The translations under genes and the position numbers were made by a program. A DNA stretch of 64,000 nt from a virus. Below, piece by piece: positions 1 to 9,563 of this stretch (the stretch's first letter is position 1; each line of letters begins with the position of its first letter). The stretch is from IMG/VR virus record IMGVR_UViG_3300044878_000169. The stretch is one strand, 5' to 3'. The notes under the pieces were generated by a model. That model saw only the letters and a program-made list of their open reading frames with translations, did not search any database and was not told the origin of the DNA.

Positions 1-709
1 TAACGTCACCCTCCCGACTCTCGTGAAGCAGGCGTTCTACAACGGGCAGAACGACGCGGCCAGGTTCAACGTGCCGATCGTCCTGCCCGCCGACGTCGCC
101 GGCACGCAGTCGAGGAAGTACGACCCGTGGGAGCTCCCCACCGTGGCTTCCGTGGTGGAAGACCTGATGAGCACCGAGGGCGGCCCGGACATTGACCTGT
201 TCCCGCGCTGGCGGGACGACGGCTCACTGGAATGGTTCCTCCGCATGGGGGACCTCACGGAGGGCGCATGGTCCTGGGATGTGTCCGCGCCGCTGTCCCG
301 TGTGTCTGGGTTCAAGATGCGCAAGAGCGGCGACAACATGGCGAACCGGATCATCGCCGTAGGTGAGGGCTCGGAGAAGAAGATGCTGCTGTCCGTCCAG
401 GACGGCTCCGCGACGTCGAGCTTCCTGCCGCTGGACGTCGTGAAGTCCTACAAGGACGAGAAGGTCCAAGCCAACCTCGAGGCCCGGGCAAGGGCAGACC
501 TCGCGGCCTGTTCCAAACCGACCGAACAGGTGTCGATGGACGTCGAGATGGGCGACAACTTCACTGCGGACATGCTGCGGCTCGGCGGCACGGTCACTTG
601 GCGACTCCAAGACGATCCGTTCCTTGGCACCGGGGGCAGGACGGCCCGACTCATCGAGTTCTCCGGGGACCTCACGAACAAGATCCACCTTGAATTTCAG
701 ACGGTCTAG
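1..709 (+). CDS. Minor tail protein (Gp37-like), 5'-truncated; divergent homolog of 40578-41651
   Basis: Similar motifs (GPDIDL vs GPDVDF, MANRIIAVGEGSE vs LANNVFAVGKGTE, C-terminal LEFQ) and same position. Confidence 0.75.
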   Translation, partial: NVTLPTLVKQAFYNGQNDAARFNVPIVLPADVAGTQSRKYDPWELPTVASVVEDLMSTEGGPDIDLFPRWRDDGSLEWFLRMGDLTEGAWSWDVSAPLSRVSGFKMRKSGDNMANRIIAVGEGSEKKMLLSVQDGSATSSFLPLDVVKSYKDEKVQANLEARARADLAACSKPTEQVSMDVEMGDNFTADMLRLGGTVTWRLQDDPFLGTGGRTARLIEFSGDLTNKIHLEFQTV

Positions 710-718
710 GAGGCTGCT

Positions 719-1342
719 ATGGGCCAGGTGAACAACCAGAATGACGCCGACTTTCGGCGCATGGTGCTGGACAAGATCGGCAAGCTTGAGCGAGCTACCC
801 CCATGAACAACGCGGCGATCGGCCGCGGCGGCATCGAGGTCTACGACGGCGGCGAAATCACGATCACCAACGGCGGCCTGTCTGTCACCGGCAAGGCAAC
901 CATAACCGGCATCTTGGAAGCTGACGGGACGATCACCTTCACCGGAAACTTCACGCAAACCGGGCCGACAGTTTTCCAAGGCACCCTCTCAGTTGAGGGA
1001 GTGACGACGGTGAAGAACGACTTCAACGTCACCACGGGCGGGAAGATCAAAGTCGGCACAGCGATGGTCCTCGACCCGAGCGTGTCTGCCGGCGCGCTCG
1101 TGTTCTCCAACGGCGCCCAGGTGTTCACCGACGCAACGACGGTCCAGATGTTCAAGGGCGGCAGCGTATGCCAGGTAGACGACGCCTCCGCGAAGATCCA
1201 AGCCACTGGCGGGTACGTGAAAGTCGATAGCAGCGGCGTGAACCTCAATGGCCCGCTGAGGAACACCAGCGGATCAACCATCACAGGCGTCACCGCAAAC
1301 GTCTACATGGACGCATCGGGCAACATCAAGAAGATCGTCTAG
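719..1342 (+). CDS. Minor tail protein, homolog of 41651-42400
   Basis: GGAGG RBS; Gly/Thr-rich; shares LDPSVSxGALVFSNGAQVFTD with 41651-42400. Confidence 0.75.
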   Translation: MGQVNNQNDADFRRMVLDKIGKLERATPMNNAAIGRGGIEVYDGGEITITNGGLSVTGKATITGILEADGTITFTGNFTQTGPTVFQGTLSVEGVTTVKNDFNVTTGGKIKVGTAMVLDPSVSAGALVFSNGAQVFTDATTVQMFKGGSVCQVDDASAKIQATGGYVKVDSSGVNLNGPLRNTSGSTITGVTANVYMDASGNIKKIV

Positions 1343-1358
1343 CCCCAACCACACACCA

Positions 1359-1391
1359 CCGAGCACCCCCCACACGGCGGGTGCTTTTTTC
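1359..1391 (+). terminator. Probable intrinsic terminator
   Basis: agcaccc...gggtgct hairpin followed by a T-run. Confidence 0.6.
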
Positions 1392-1410
1392 ATGCCCAGG
1401 AGGCAAGCGC

Positions 1411-1872
1411 ATGGCGGACGTAACAGGGACGCTCTACGACATCACAGGCGGGCATCTCGCCGGGAAGAACCCGGAAATCATCTTCACCCTGGACGACACG
1501 GGCGTCACCCAAAACGGTGTCTACGTCACCGAGCCATCCCGGGTCACCCCGGGCGGCGACGGTTCTTTCACCGTGAGCCTGCCGTCCACGGACCTCATGC
1601 GTGACGAGCGTTTCTACAAGGTCAGCATCGAGTGGCAGGACGAGGCCGGCAAGCCGTCCCGCATCGACTTCCCGGACTGGCAGCTACGCATCCCCACCGG
1701 GGGCGGCCCTATCGGTGACCTGCGCGGGCCCGGCACGAACCTCTCGATGGTCTACGTCTCGCTGACCGCGCCTAAGAATCCGCTCCCGTTCACGCCTTGG
1801 CTCGAGCAGAACCCGGACGACCCATCTGACCCCGCCAATACCGGCAAACTCTACCGTTGGGAGAACATCTAA
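1411..1872 (+). CDS. Virion/tail adaptor protein (153 aa), homolog of 42871-43332
   Basis: AGGAGG RBS before ATG 1411; same length as, and strongly similar to, the second copy. Confidence 0.75.
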   Translation: MADVTGTLYDITGGHLAGKNPEIIFTLDDTGVTQNGVYVTEPSRVTPGGDGSFTVSLPSTDLMRDERFYKVSIEWQDEAGKPSRIDFPDWQLRIPTGGGPIGDLRGPGTNLSMVYVSLTAPKNPLPFTPWLEQNPDDPSDPANTGKLYRWENI

Positions 1873-4806
1873 ATGACGTGGCAGTGGAAATTCCTGGCCG
1901 ACCTGCAGGGCCCTCCCGGCGACGTCTCCCTGTACGGGCCCGGGTGGGCGCCGCAGCGCAACGTGCCGTCCAACGCGGACCTGAACACTTTCAAGATCCC
2001 GGGCGTGCACCGCATCACGACCCCGGACACGCAGACCATCAAGAACCTGCCGGCCGGCATCAAGCAGGCGTGCATCTTCGAGAACCTGCAGACCGGCGAC
2101 GGCACTTCGACGTGGTGGGTGCAGCGGATCACCCAGCACGGCAACAACCCGCGTTTCGTGTTCCGCTCGACCCGGGACACTTCGGGCGGCTGGAACGACT
2201 GGGAAGAAGTCCTCACGGACGGCGGTGACATCACCGAGCTGCACGTCTTCCTCGCCGTGGGCCAGTCGAACATGTCCGGCCGCGGCAAGCCGTCCGGTGG
2301 ATCCCGTGACCCGGAAACCGATCGCATCCTGCAGTACGGGGCGAAGACGGTCCCGCGGGCAATCACCAACGCCACGGTCCCGCTGGACATGCACGACACC
2401 GCCACCGGGCTGTCGCCGGCAACCACGTTCGCCCGCGCCTACCTCAAGACCCAGCCCTCGAACGTCGGCGTCCTCATCATCCCCGCCGCGCACGGCTCCA
2501 CCGGGTTCACGTCTTCGACGTCAACCCTGACCTGGACGCCGAACGTCGCCACCGACCCGACACTGGACCTGCCGGCACTCGCTGTCCAGCAGACCCTTGA
2601 CGGGAAGGCAGCGGCGAAGGCGGCCGGCTACACGGTGAGCATCGAGGGCATCCTGTGGCACCAGGGCGAGAACAACACGTCCATGTCGCAGTCGTCCTAC
2701 GCCTCGAACCTGGACGCGCTGATCGCGTACTTCCGGGACCAGCTTGGCAACACCAAGTTGCCGTTCCTTGTCGGCCAGATGTCCCCCGAGGGCATTGAAG
2801 CGAACGCCGGCCGGCAGAACATCGACGCCGCGCACAAGGACACCCCTAACCGTGTCGCGTTCACCGGATTCGCCCCTGCCACCCGCAGCGGCTACAACAC
2901 CGGGGACACCACACACCTGTCCCGGATCGGCGTGGAGTTCCTTGGCCGGACCTACGCGAACGCGCTGAACGACGCGCGGGGCAACGCCGACCTGAAACCG
3001 CGGCTGAAAGCCGTGGAAGCAGAGCTCGACACGGTGCCCGCCCAGGTGGCGGCCGCGGTCCCGTCCGCTGTGGCCGGCTACATCGCTAGCGACCCTTCGG
3101 TGGTGCAGGCCGCGGCCGACATGGCAGCGGCCAACGCCGGGCTGCTGCCCAAGTGGAAGCCGAGCACCGCGTACACCACCGGCCAGCAGGTAGTCACCCC
3201 GGACGGCGATATTGTCACCCGGACCACCAACGGCACGTCCGGCGCGACGTACACCGCAACCAACTGGACCCCATCGGCAACCGCCACGGGCCTGACCACG
3301 AAGCTGGACGCCTCGCAGAAGGCCGCACCGTCCGGCGTTGCCTCACTTGACGGGCAGGGCAAGGTCCCGGCCGGCCAGGGCGCAGTCGGGCAGCCCGCGG
3401 ACCAGGTGGACTACGTTGCGCTGCTGGCACACCGTTCCAAGACCACGAAGCTGCAATTGAAGAAGGCCGACTCCACGGGCGGCATCGAAGTCTCCTGCAT
3501 CGCAGCATCGGGCGCGCACGTCACGTACCAGTTCTACGGGAATGCGGCCGGCGACGACTACCGCGTCCTGGCGAACGTGTGGTGCGGCACGTCCACCGCG
3601 ACGACGGCGCAGGTAGTCAAGAAGCTGTGGGCGGACCTGTCCACCACCGGCACGTACTCTGCCGTCGCCTCTGCTTTCGTCTACACCACGGATAAGGCAA
3701 CCCCAGCAACGTTCACCGCGTCCGTAGTCGTTGACGTCCCCGGATCCTCGCTGCGCTTCCACACCTACCGCGACAACCGCGGCGGCGTGTGGCAGTTGAC
3801 GATCAGCGGCGCCGAGATGGACATGATGCAGACCGTGAGCACCTGGGCCTCGAGCGCGGCTTACGACTCGACGGGCGTTGTGGTCTTCAACAACCTCAAC
3901 CCCGGCACGTACACCATCACCGGGAAGTTCCTGGGCGATGACCCGGCCAACGCACCCAGCGGCGGCACGTCCCGTGGCTGGCTGGCGAACAACGCTGACG
4001 GATCTTCCACCAGCGCTACCCTGTTCGCCGTGTGGGCGCCATTCCGGTCCATCAACAAGGACATCTTGCTCAAGCCGGCCTCAAACATGGACCTGGCCAT
4101 GCAGGTCCAGCCCGCGGGCGGATCCACCTTGGAGTGGATGCCGTACCACGGCGTTGCGACCATGTACCAGGCGGACGCCCCGGTCTACCTCGACGGGGAT
4201 GTGGTGGTTGACGTCGATGGCATGGCTACCGGCGCGTACCGGGCGCTCACGAGTTTCGAGCTCGTGCAGCGCGTCTACGGCCGGAACAGCAGCACCGGGT
4301 CCACCAACCTTGTTGAGCTCGCCACAAGCCACCTGATCCGGGCCAACTCCCAGGTGACCATCACTGGGCGGTGGAAGGCGCTGGCGGCGATCGAACTTGG
4401 CGACAACTACCACATGATGCTCCCCGGGAGCATGGCACTGTTCGACCAGCTTGTTACGTCCATCGGCAACGGCTACCGGAACGGCACTGACCTGATCGGC
4501 GCCGAAACTCCGCTGGTTGCTGAGAACGACCTGGCTATGTCGCACATGTTCCTGTCATCCACGAACAAGAACGTGGCCGGCGCCGTCCGGTACGCGAACC
4601 CGCAGGAAACCATCCGCCGCGGCAAGGCCAGCAAGAACCCCGACTCGACCAAGGCATTCCTGCAGCACCGGGACGCCTCAATCGTGAAGGTTTACAACCG
4701 GCCCTACGCGCCTGGCACGGCAATCCCGGCCGGCACGATCAGCCGTTTCGGCGGCGACTACATCTACGCGCAAGCGCTGGGGCTCTACGACCAGTTCTCG
4801 CTCTAA
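1873..4806 (+). CDS. Tail fibre/spike with SGNH (SASA/CE6-type) acetylesterase domain, allele 1
   Basis: GQSNM, WHQGE and DxxH (DTTH) motifs; knob-like N-terminus; CBM-like WKPSTAYTTGQQV motif. Confidence 0.8.
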   Translation: MTWQWKFLADLQGPPGDVSLYGPGWAPQRNVPSNADLNTFKIPGVHRITTPDTQTIKNLPAGIKQACIFENLQTGDGTSTWWVQRITQHGNNPRFVFRSTRDTSGGWNDWEEVLTDGGDITELHVFLAVGQSNMSGRGKPSGGSRDPETDRILQYGAKTVPRAITNATVPLDMHDTATGLSPATTFARAYLKTQPSNVGVLIIPAAHGSTGFTSSTSTLTWTPNVATDPTLDLPALAVQQTLDGKAAAKAAGYTVSIEGILWHQGENNTSMSQSSYASNLDALIAYFRDQLGNTKLPFLVGQMSPEGIEANAGRQNIDAAHKDTPNRVAFTGFAPATRSGYNTGDTTHLSRIGVEFLGRTYANALNDARGNADLKPRLKAVEAELDTVPAQVAAAVPSAVAGYIASDPSVVQAAADMAAANAGLLPKWKPSTAYTTGQQVVTPDGDIVTRTTNGTSGATYTATNWTPSATATGLTTKLDASQKAAPSGVASLDGQGKVPAGQGAVGQPADQVDYVALLAHRSKTTKLQLKKADSTGGIEVSCIAASGAHVTYQFYGNAAGDDYRVLANVWCGTSTATTAQVVKKLWADLSTTGTYSAVASAFVYTTDKATPATFTASVVVDVPGSSLRFHTYRDNRGGVWQLTISGAEMDMMQTVSTWASSAAYDSTGVVVFNNLNPGTYTITGKFLGDDPANAPSGGTSRGWLANNADGSSTSATLFAVWAPFRSINKDILLKPASNMDLAMQVQPAGGSTLEWMPYHGVATMYQADAPVYLDGDVVVDVDGMATGAYRALTSFELVQRVYGRNSSTGSTNLVELATSHLIRANSQVTITGRWKALAAIELGDNYHMMLPGSMALFDQLVTSIGNGYRNGTDLIGAETPLVAENDLAMSHMFLSSTNKNVAGAVRYANPQETIRRGKASKNPDSTKAFLQHRDASIVKVYNRPYAPGTAIPAGTISRFGGDYIYAQALGLYDQFSL

Positions 4807-4824
4807 CGACAGGACGAAGAAACA

Positions 4825-5667
4825 ATGGGAAGCACCGTAGTTTCTGTGGGGTCAGACAACACTCTCCCCACGTCCGTCAAGGCAGCGGACGCCAACCTCC
4901 CCGCGAGGTTGGCGCCCGCCGCCGTGGCGGTCAACTGGACCCCGACCACCGCTTACACGGCCGGCCAGCCGGTCATTAGCCCGACAGGTGATGTGGTCAC
5001 GGCGAAGACCACACACACGTCCGGCGCCTCGTTCACGGCTGCCAACTGGAATCTCTCGACGTCGTATGTCCTGCTGAGTGCGACGGGCAAGGCAGTCGTC
5101 GCGTCCGGCGTCGATTCCGGCGACGGGGTGAACAAGGGCCAGTTGGACGCGGCGGCGCTGCGGCACTCCCCCACCGGGGCCCTGGCCGTGACGCTGGACC
5201 GGCGCTACATCACCGGCACTGTTGTCCCGGCCCTGACGTCCGGGACGCTGCGGCTGTCGGCTGTGTGGCTGCCCAAGGGCACCGTCGTGACCAACCTGAC
5301 GTACTTGTGTGGCACGGCGGCCACCAGCCTCACGAACCGCTGGTTCAGCCTGTTCGACGCCTCCCGCAACCTCTTGCGCACCAGCGCGGACAACACCGCC
5401 ACATGGAACGCGGGATCCACGCTCACGCTCCCCCTGGCGAGCACGTATACCGTACCGGCGGACGGGCTCTACTACGTGGGTATCTGTGAGGTGGCGACCA
5501 CGCCGACCGCGCTCCGCGGTATCGCCTCAAGCACGGGGGCCGGCATCGCACTGGCGCCGATCCTCAACGGAGACAGCACCGGATCCCTGACCAACGCGGC
5601 GTCCACCCCGTCCACCGCGGCAGCCATTACAGCCAGCGGCAACATCCCGTTCGCTTACGTGACCTAA
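4825..5667 (+). CDS. Tail-associated protein with CBM-like motif
   Basis: WTPTTAYTAGQPV motif; Thr/Ala-rich; follows the tail fibre gene. Confidence 0.65.
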   Translation: MGSTVVSVGSDNTLPTSVKAADANLPARLAPAAVAVNWTPTTAYTAGQPVISPTGDVVTAKTTHTSGASFTAANWNLSTSYVLLSATGKAVVASGVDSGDGVNKGQLDAAALRHSPTGALAVTLDRRYITGTVVPALTSGTLRLSAVWLPKGTVVTNLTYLCGTAATSLTNRWFSLFDASRNLLRTSADNTATWNAGSTLTLPLASTYTVPADGLYYVGICEVATTPTALRGIASSTGAGIALAPILNGDSTGSLTNAASTPSTAAAITASGNIPFAYVT

Positions 5668-6269
5668 CCTGCCGAGGCGCGGCTCTCATCGTCTACGCGC
5701 TTGAGTACGGCCACCCCGTCAACGTCCTCGTAGTATCCGATGACCTTCGCCGGGACCCCGGCGATCAGCGCATTGGCGGGCATGTCTTTCGTCACCACGG
5801 CGCCGGCGGCGACGATGGACCGTTCACCGATGGTCACGCCGCCCAGGACGGTTGCGCCGGCACCGATCCAGCAACCTCGCCCGATCACGATCGGGTGGTG
5901 TCTGGGCGTCCCTGTCCGGCGGGCGCTGGTGGAAATGTCGTGCGTGTCCGAAATTAGGCGGACATGCTGCCCGAGGGAAACATCATCCCCGATCTTTACG
6001 TTCGGGCGGATGAAGCTGTACGCGTTGATGAACACCCGGGCCCCAACTTCGATGACACCGGTCCACTCGGCGCCGCGCTTGACCGTCGAATACGGCCCAA
6101 CGATAATCCGGTTGCTCGCCTGGCCGGTGATGAGGCTGCAACTCGGGTCGATCACGGCCTTCTCATCAATGAACAGTCGCGGCCCGCGCTGGGGCTGCAA
6201 CGCCTCGATCATTTCCCGCAGGCCGGCGACCTGTTCCCGCAGCTCCGCTATTTCATTCTCAACACTCAC
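5664..6269 (-). CDS. Hexapeptide-repeat (left-handed beta-helix) O-acetyltransferase
   Basis: IVIGRGCWIGAGATVLGGVTIGERSIVAAGAVVTKD...GVPAK signature. Confidence 0.9.
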   Translation of the reverse strand: MSVENEIAELREQVAGLREMIEALQPQRGPRLFIDEKAVIDPSCSLITGQASNRIIVGPYSTVKRGAEWTGVIEVGARVFINAYSFIRPNVKIGDDVSLGQHVRLISDTHDISTSARRTGTPRHHPIVIGRGCWIGAGATVLGGVTIGERSIVAAGAVVTKDMPANALIAGVPAKVIGYYEDVDGVAVLKRVDDESRASAG

Positions 6270-6372
6270 AGGAGCAAGCGTACCCAGTTCAAAGCCCTCC
6301 CATGACCACGCGGCCCAGGAGGGGCGATGAAAGACCAGCAGCGAACGGCAACGTTCCGTTCACCCGCGTCAG

Positions 6373-6549
6373 TTAGCCCGCGGAGCCGCGGCTTCCGTCA
6401 TTGCGAGCTGCCTGCAATTCACGCTGGTAGTCCGCAACCGTCAGCACGCCCTTCTCGTCCAGGACGCGCCTGACGCGCTCAAAAAAGGCTTCCAGTTCGT
6501 AGGCCTCAATGATGCCGTCGTACTGGGTCAAGGAAGGCTGATCAGCCAT
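6373..6549 (-). CDS. Small hypothetical protein
   Basis: Fills an intergenic gap; plausible composition. Confidence 0.5.
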   Translation of the reverse strand: MADQPSLTQYDGIIEAYELEAFFERVRRVLDEKGVLTVADYQRELQAARNDGSRGSAG

Positions 6550-6659
6550 AGGAAACCCCCAAGAAAAAACCCGCACCCCATGCGCGGTGACGAAAGTCTA
6601 CACGCATTTTTTCCGCAGTTTCTGCGCACCGTAACATCCCCGCCGCCAAGGAGGCGCAC

Positions 6660-7076
6660 ATGCACCATGTCCTATTGAAGCTATGGCTCCGCGTGCAGGA
6701 GCCTCGCGCACTTTCAGCGATCTACTTCTTCGCCTACTTGGCTGTGGCGATCCTCGGACTCGCCGTGGTGATCGACCCGCCCCGCAGCATCCAAGGATCC
6801 ATCGGGCAGGCACTAATGGCCTGCTGGGCGCTGTTCCTCGTCGTCGGCGGCGGCCTCGGCGCAGCCACAGTCCTGCAAGGGGTTTGGTGGCTCGAGCGGC
6901 TCGGGGCGATCCTCTGCGGCTTCGCGATGCTCGTCTACGGCGCCGCGATCTGCGGCGTACCCCTCACCCAAGTCAGTGTCCGCGTCGCATCCCTCGCCTT
7001 TGTCATCTTCGCCGTCCTCGCCTTCGCCGCAAGACTCGTCCAGACCAGGCACTACGCCTACGACCCCGAAAAGTAG
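6660..7076 (+). CDS. Membrane protein of the lysis cassette (~4 TM)
   Basis: AAGGAGG RBS; hydrophobic segments. Confidence 0.75.
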   Translation: MHHVLLKLWLRVQEPRALSAIYFFAYLAVAILGLAVVIDPPRSIQGSIGQALMACWALFLVVGGGLGAATVLQGVWWLERLGAILCGFAMLVYGAAICGVPLTQVSVRVASLAFVIFAVLAFAARLVQTRHYAYDPEK

Positions 7077-7082
7077 GTTCCC

Positions 7083-7409
7083 ATGGATGCCACACAGGCG
7101 GCGGTCGCCATCATGACCGCTGGCGGCGGCGTGTTTCTGGTGGCCCTGGTCAACGGACTCGGCAAGTACTTCAGCGGCGCCGCCGGCCGCGAACGGGCAC
7201 GGAACACCAGCCTCAAGGACCAGCGAAACGAGGCTTGGGCCGACGCCGAACGCGAACGTGAGCGTGCCGACCGTGAGGCCCACAACCGGCGCCTCACCGA
7301 GGAATACGCTTCCCAGCTGCGCCGCGACTGCACCGAACACGGCATGCAACCCCACGAGCTCCGCCCCTGGCCGACGCTCAAGAAGCCCCCCAGCGAGGAG
7401 ACACAATGA
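7083..7409 (+). CDS. Membrane-anchored coiled-coil protein (lysis cassette)
   Basis: N-terminal TM followed by a charged helix; overlaps the endolysin start. Confidence 0.7.
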   Translation: MDATQAAVAIMTAGGGVFLVALVNGLGKYFSGAAGRERARNTSLKDQRNEAWADAERERERADREAHNRRLTEEYASQLRRDCTEHGMQPHELRPWPTLKKPPSEETQ

Positions 7410-8275
7410 TCGACATCGAGCGGAGCCTCGGCCTGTGGATTCCCCAGGTTCAGGGGCAGTACATCAACGTCGACGGCGCGGCCGGCGCGCAGTGCTGGGA
7501 CCTCGCCGCCCACTGGTCGGGGTTCCTCGGCCTGCCGCGGATCAGCACGTGGGGCAACGGGCGGTGGCCGGGCTGGGCCGGGAACATGGTCGACGCATTC
7601 CCCCAGGACGCGGAGATCGCGGCCGCCTATGATCTGATCGGCCCGAACGAGCCCATGCTCCCCGGCGACATTGTGGTCTGGGGCGACAGCTACCCGGCTT
7701 GGTACCCGAAGACACACGTAGCCGTGGGCGTCCTTGACCAGGGCGCCAACCTCGTCTGTATGTCCCAGAACAGCACCCCGTCGCAGGTCGGAAACCCGTA
7801 CCCCATGTGGACGACCGGCCCGACCGTGAAGCAGCAACTCCCGCGCCGTGGGTGCATCGGCCTCATCCGGCCCCGGACCGGAACCATCAACCTACAAGGC
7901 ACCATCACCGAAGGAGACGACCTCATGTCCACGAAGGAAGACCGCGCTCTGCTGATCGCGGAACTCATGACCCATCCAGTCAAGCAGCCGGACGGCACCG
8001 TGACCAACCTCGAATCGGTCATCGCCGAGAACCGCGCCCAGCACTCCGACGTGATCCGCGTCGTCAGCGGCGTGGACGAGGAGGTCGCGGACGACATCAA
8101 CAAGGCCCGCGACTCGATCAACTTCAGCACGCAGCAGCAGGTGGAAGCCGTTGGCCGCGTGACCCAGCAGCTCATAATCGACAAAGCGAAGCCCGCGGTC
8201 CTCGTGGATCAGATCGTCGCGGCCGGCATCGCCAAGGAAGTCGCCGACGAGCTGGCGAAGCGGCTGGTGAAGTGA
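7406..8275 (+). CDS. Endolysin with CHAP-type peptidase domain
   Basis: DGAAGAQCWDL, PGDIVVW, HVAV and SQN motifs. Confidence 0.85.
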   Translation: MIDIERSLGLWIPQVQGQYINVDGAAGAQCWDLAAHWSGFLGLPRISTWGNGRWPGWAGNMVDAFPQDAEIAAAYDLIGPNEPMLPGDIVVWGDSYPAWYPKTHVAVGVLDQGANLVCMSQNSTPSQVGNPYPMWTTGPTVKQQLPRRGCIGLIRPRTGTINLQGTITEGDDLMSTKEDRALLIAELMTHPVKQPDGTVTNLESVIAENRAQHSDVIRVVSGVDEEVADDINKARDSINFSTQQQVEAVGRVTQQLIIDKAKPAVLVDQIVAAGIAKEVADELAKRLVK

Positions 8276-8529
8276 TGGCTGATCACGTCATGGCATCCAC
8301 TCAGACCGCCTACCCGTGGCGGGCGACCGTCCGGACCATCTTCGCGTTCCTGATCGGTCTCGCCGCAGCGTGGGCCCTGATCATCCAGACCCTGGGGCTT
8401 GGCCCGGACATCCCATGGGTGGCCACCTCCCTCACCATCGCGGCCGGCGTCACCCGCGTGATGGCCCTGCCGGCGGTGGACGACCTGATCCGCCGCTTTG
8501 TCCCCTGGCTGGCACCGGACACGAAATAG
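8275..8529 (+). CDS. Holin
   Basis: PWRATVRT motif, two TM segments, coupled to the endolysin stop (TGATG). Confidence 0.8.
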   Translation: MADHVMASTQTAYPWRATVRTIFAFLIGLAAAWALIIQTLGLGPDIPWVATSLTIAAGVTRVMALPAVDDLIRRFVPWLAPDTK

Positions 8530-8537
8530 CCCGAATC

Positions 8538-8574
8538 GCCCCCATCTTCCTCCGGGAAGGTGGGGGCCTCTTTT
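8538..8574 (+). terminator. Terminator after lysis genes
   Basis: gcccccatcttcc/ggaaggtgggggc hairpin plus T-rich tail. Confidence 0.75.
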
Positions 8575-8592
8575 GGTTTCTCAGGGCTGCAT

Positions 8593-9504
8593 CTACAGCG
8601 TCTCGCGCAACCACTGCGCTGCAGCATCCAGGCGGCCATGAAAGACAGCTGGCCACGGCGGGTTGTGCGCCTCCGGCCCCTCGTACAGATCGAACCGTAC
8701 CCGGTCCATATTCGGCCCGGATTCGATCACGTCCCGGAACGGTCGATAGTGCTGTTCCACATGCGAATAGTCCCTCGTGTTCTGCACGAAGTAGACGAGG
8801 TTCGTTTGCGGCCGGCCATAACGGACCAGTGCCGATGACCGTTCCCCCAGCGGCACGGACCAATCAACATCCGGTTGTAGCGCCGCCACCCCGTCTGGAG
8901 CGAGGTGAGGCATCACGACCTCAACGTAGTGGCGTTGGGCCCCCATCAGTGTGCCGCCAATGAGGTAGTTCGCGATGCTCGTCTGGCAACTGAACGGCAA
9001 GGCCATGCTGCCAGGAACGTAGGTGGAGATCTGGAGCGAGGCGAGGCCGCCGCCTGACGATCCAACGAAGATGATGCCCTTCGCACCGACCGCGTCGGCT
9101 GCCCGGCAGGCCCACTCGGCCAGGATCGGGTACAGGTCAACGTCTGCCGACCCCGTATACCAGGCCAGCTGCAGGTCATCGCGGAGTCGCAGGGTGGGAT
9201 CTGACAGGTACAGCCCGCTGTACTCGGTCTTCAGGAGGCTCTTCAGCCATTCAAAGCGGGGGATCGAATACTTCTCCCGGTCCGTCGCACCATGCAAGCT
9301 GACCACGAGGAGGTCGGACCCCTTGTTGACGAGCAACGCCTCGAGCGGCAGCCCATCAGGCAGCGGGGCAACGTACCTGCTCGCGCCGGACGCCGAAGTG
9401 GGTTCGAACTCTTCCGCTGATCCGAACTCTGTTACCGGGACGTTGGTGCCGCCCGGCTGAATGTCTTCGACCGGGAGTGCGGGGATCGTCAAAAGCATTG
9501 TCAC
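8593..9504 (-). CDS. Alpha/beta-hydrolase-fold protein (accessory gene)
   Basis: GSSGGG nucleophile elbow, SDPTL and LAWY motifs, C-terminal His. Confidence 0.7.
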   Translation of the reverse strand: MTMLLTIPALPVEDIQPGGTNVPVTEFGSAEEFEPTSASGASRYVAPLPDGLPLEALLVNKGSDLLVVSLHGATDREKYSIPRFEWLKSLLKTEYSGLYLSDPTLRLRDDLQLAWYTGSADVDLYPILAEWACRAADAVGAKGIIFVGSSGGGLASLQISTYVPGSMALPFSCQTSIANYLIGGTLMGAQRHYVEVVMPHLAPDGVAALQPDVDWSVPLGERSSALVRYGRPQTNLVYFVQNTRDYSHVEQHYRPFRDVIESGPNMDRVRFDLYEGPEAHNPPWPAVFHGRLDAAAQWLRETL

Positions 9505-9563
9505 ATCCTATAGGCGCAAGGTTACTGCGAGGGCCACACGTCACGCCGGCGTACCATGGCGCC

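Noticed and set aside
1873..4806. Diversity-generating retroelement or invertase shufflon acting on the tail fibre
   Set aside because: No reverse transcriptase or invertase, no template/variable repeat pair and no inverted cassettes; allele differences are mostly synonymous and not adenine-specific
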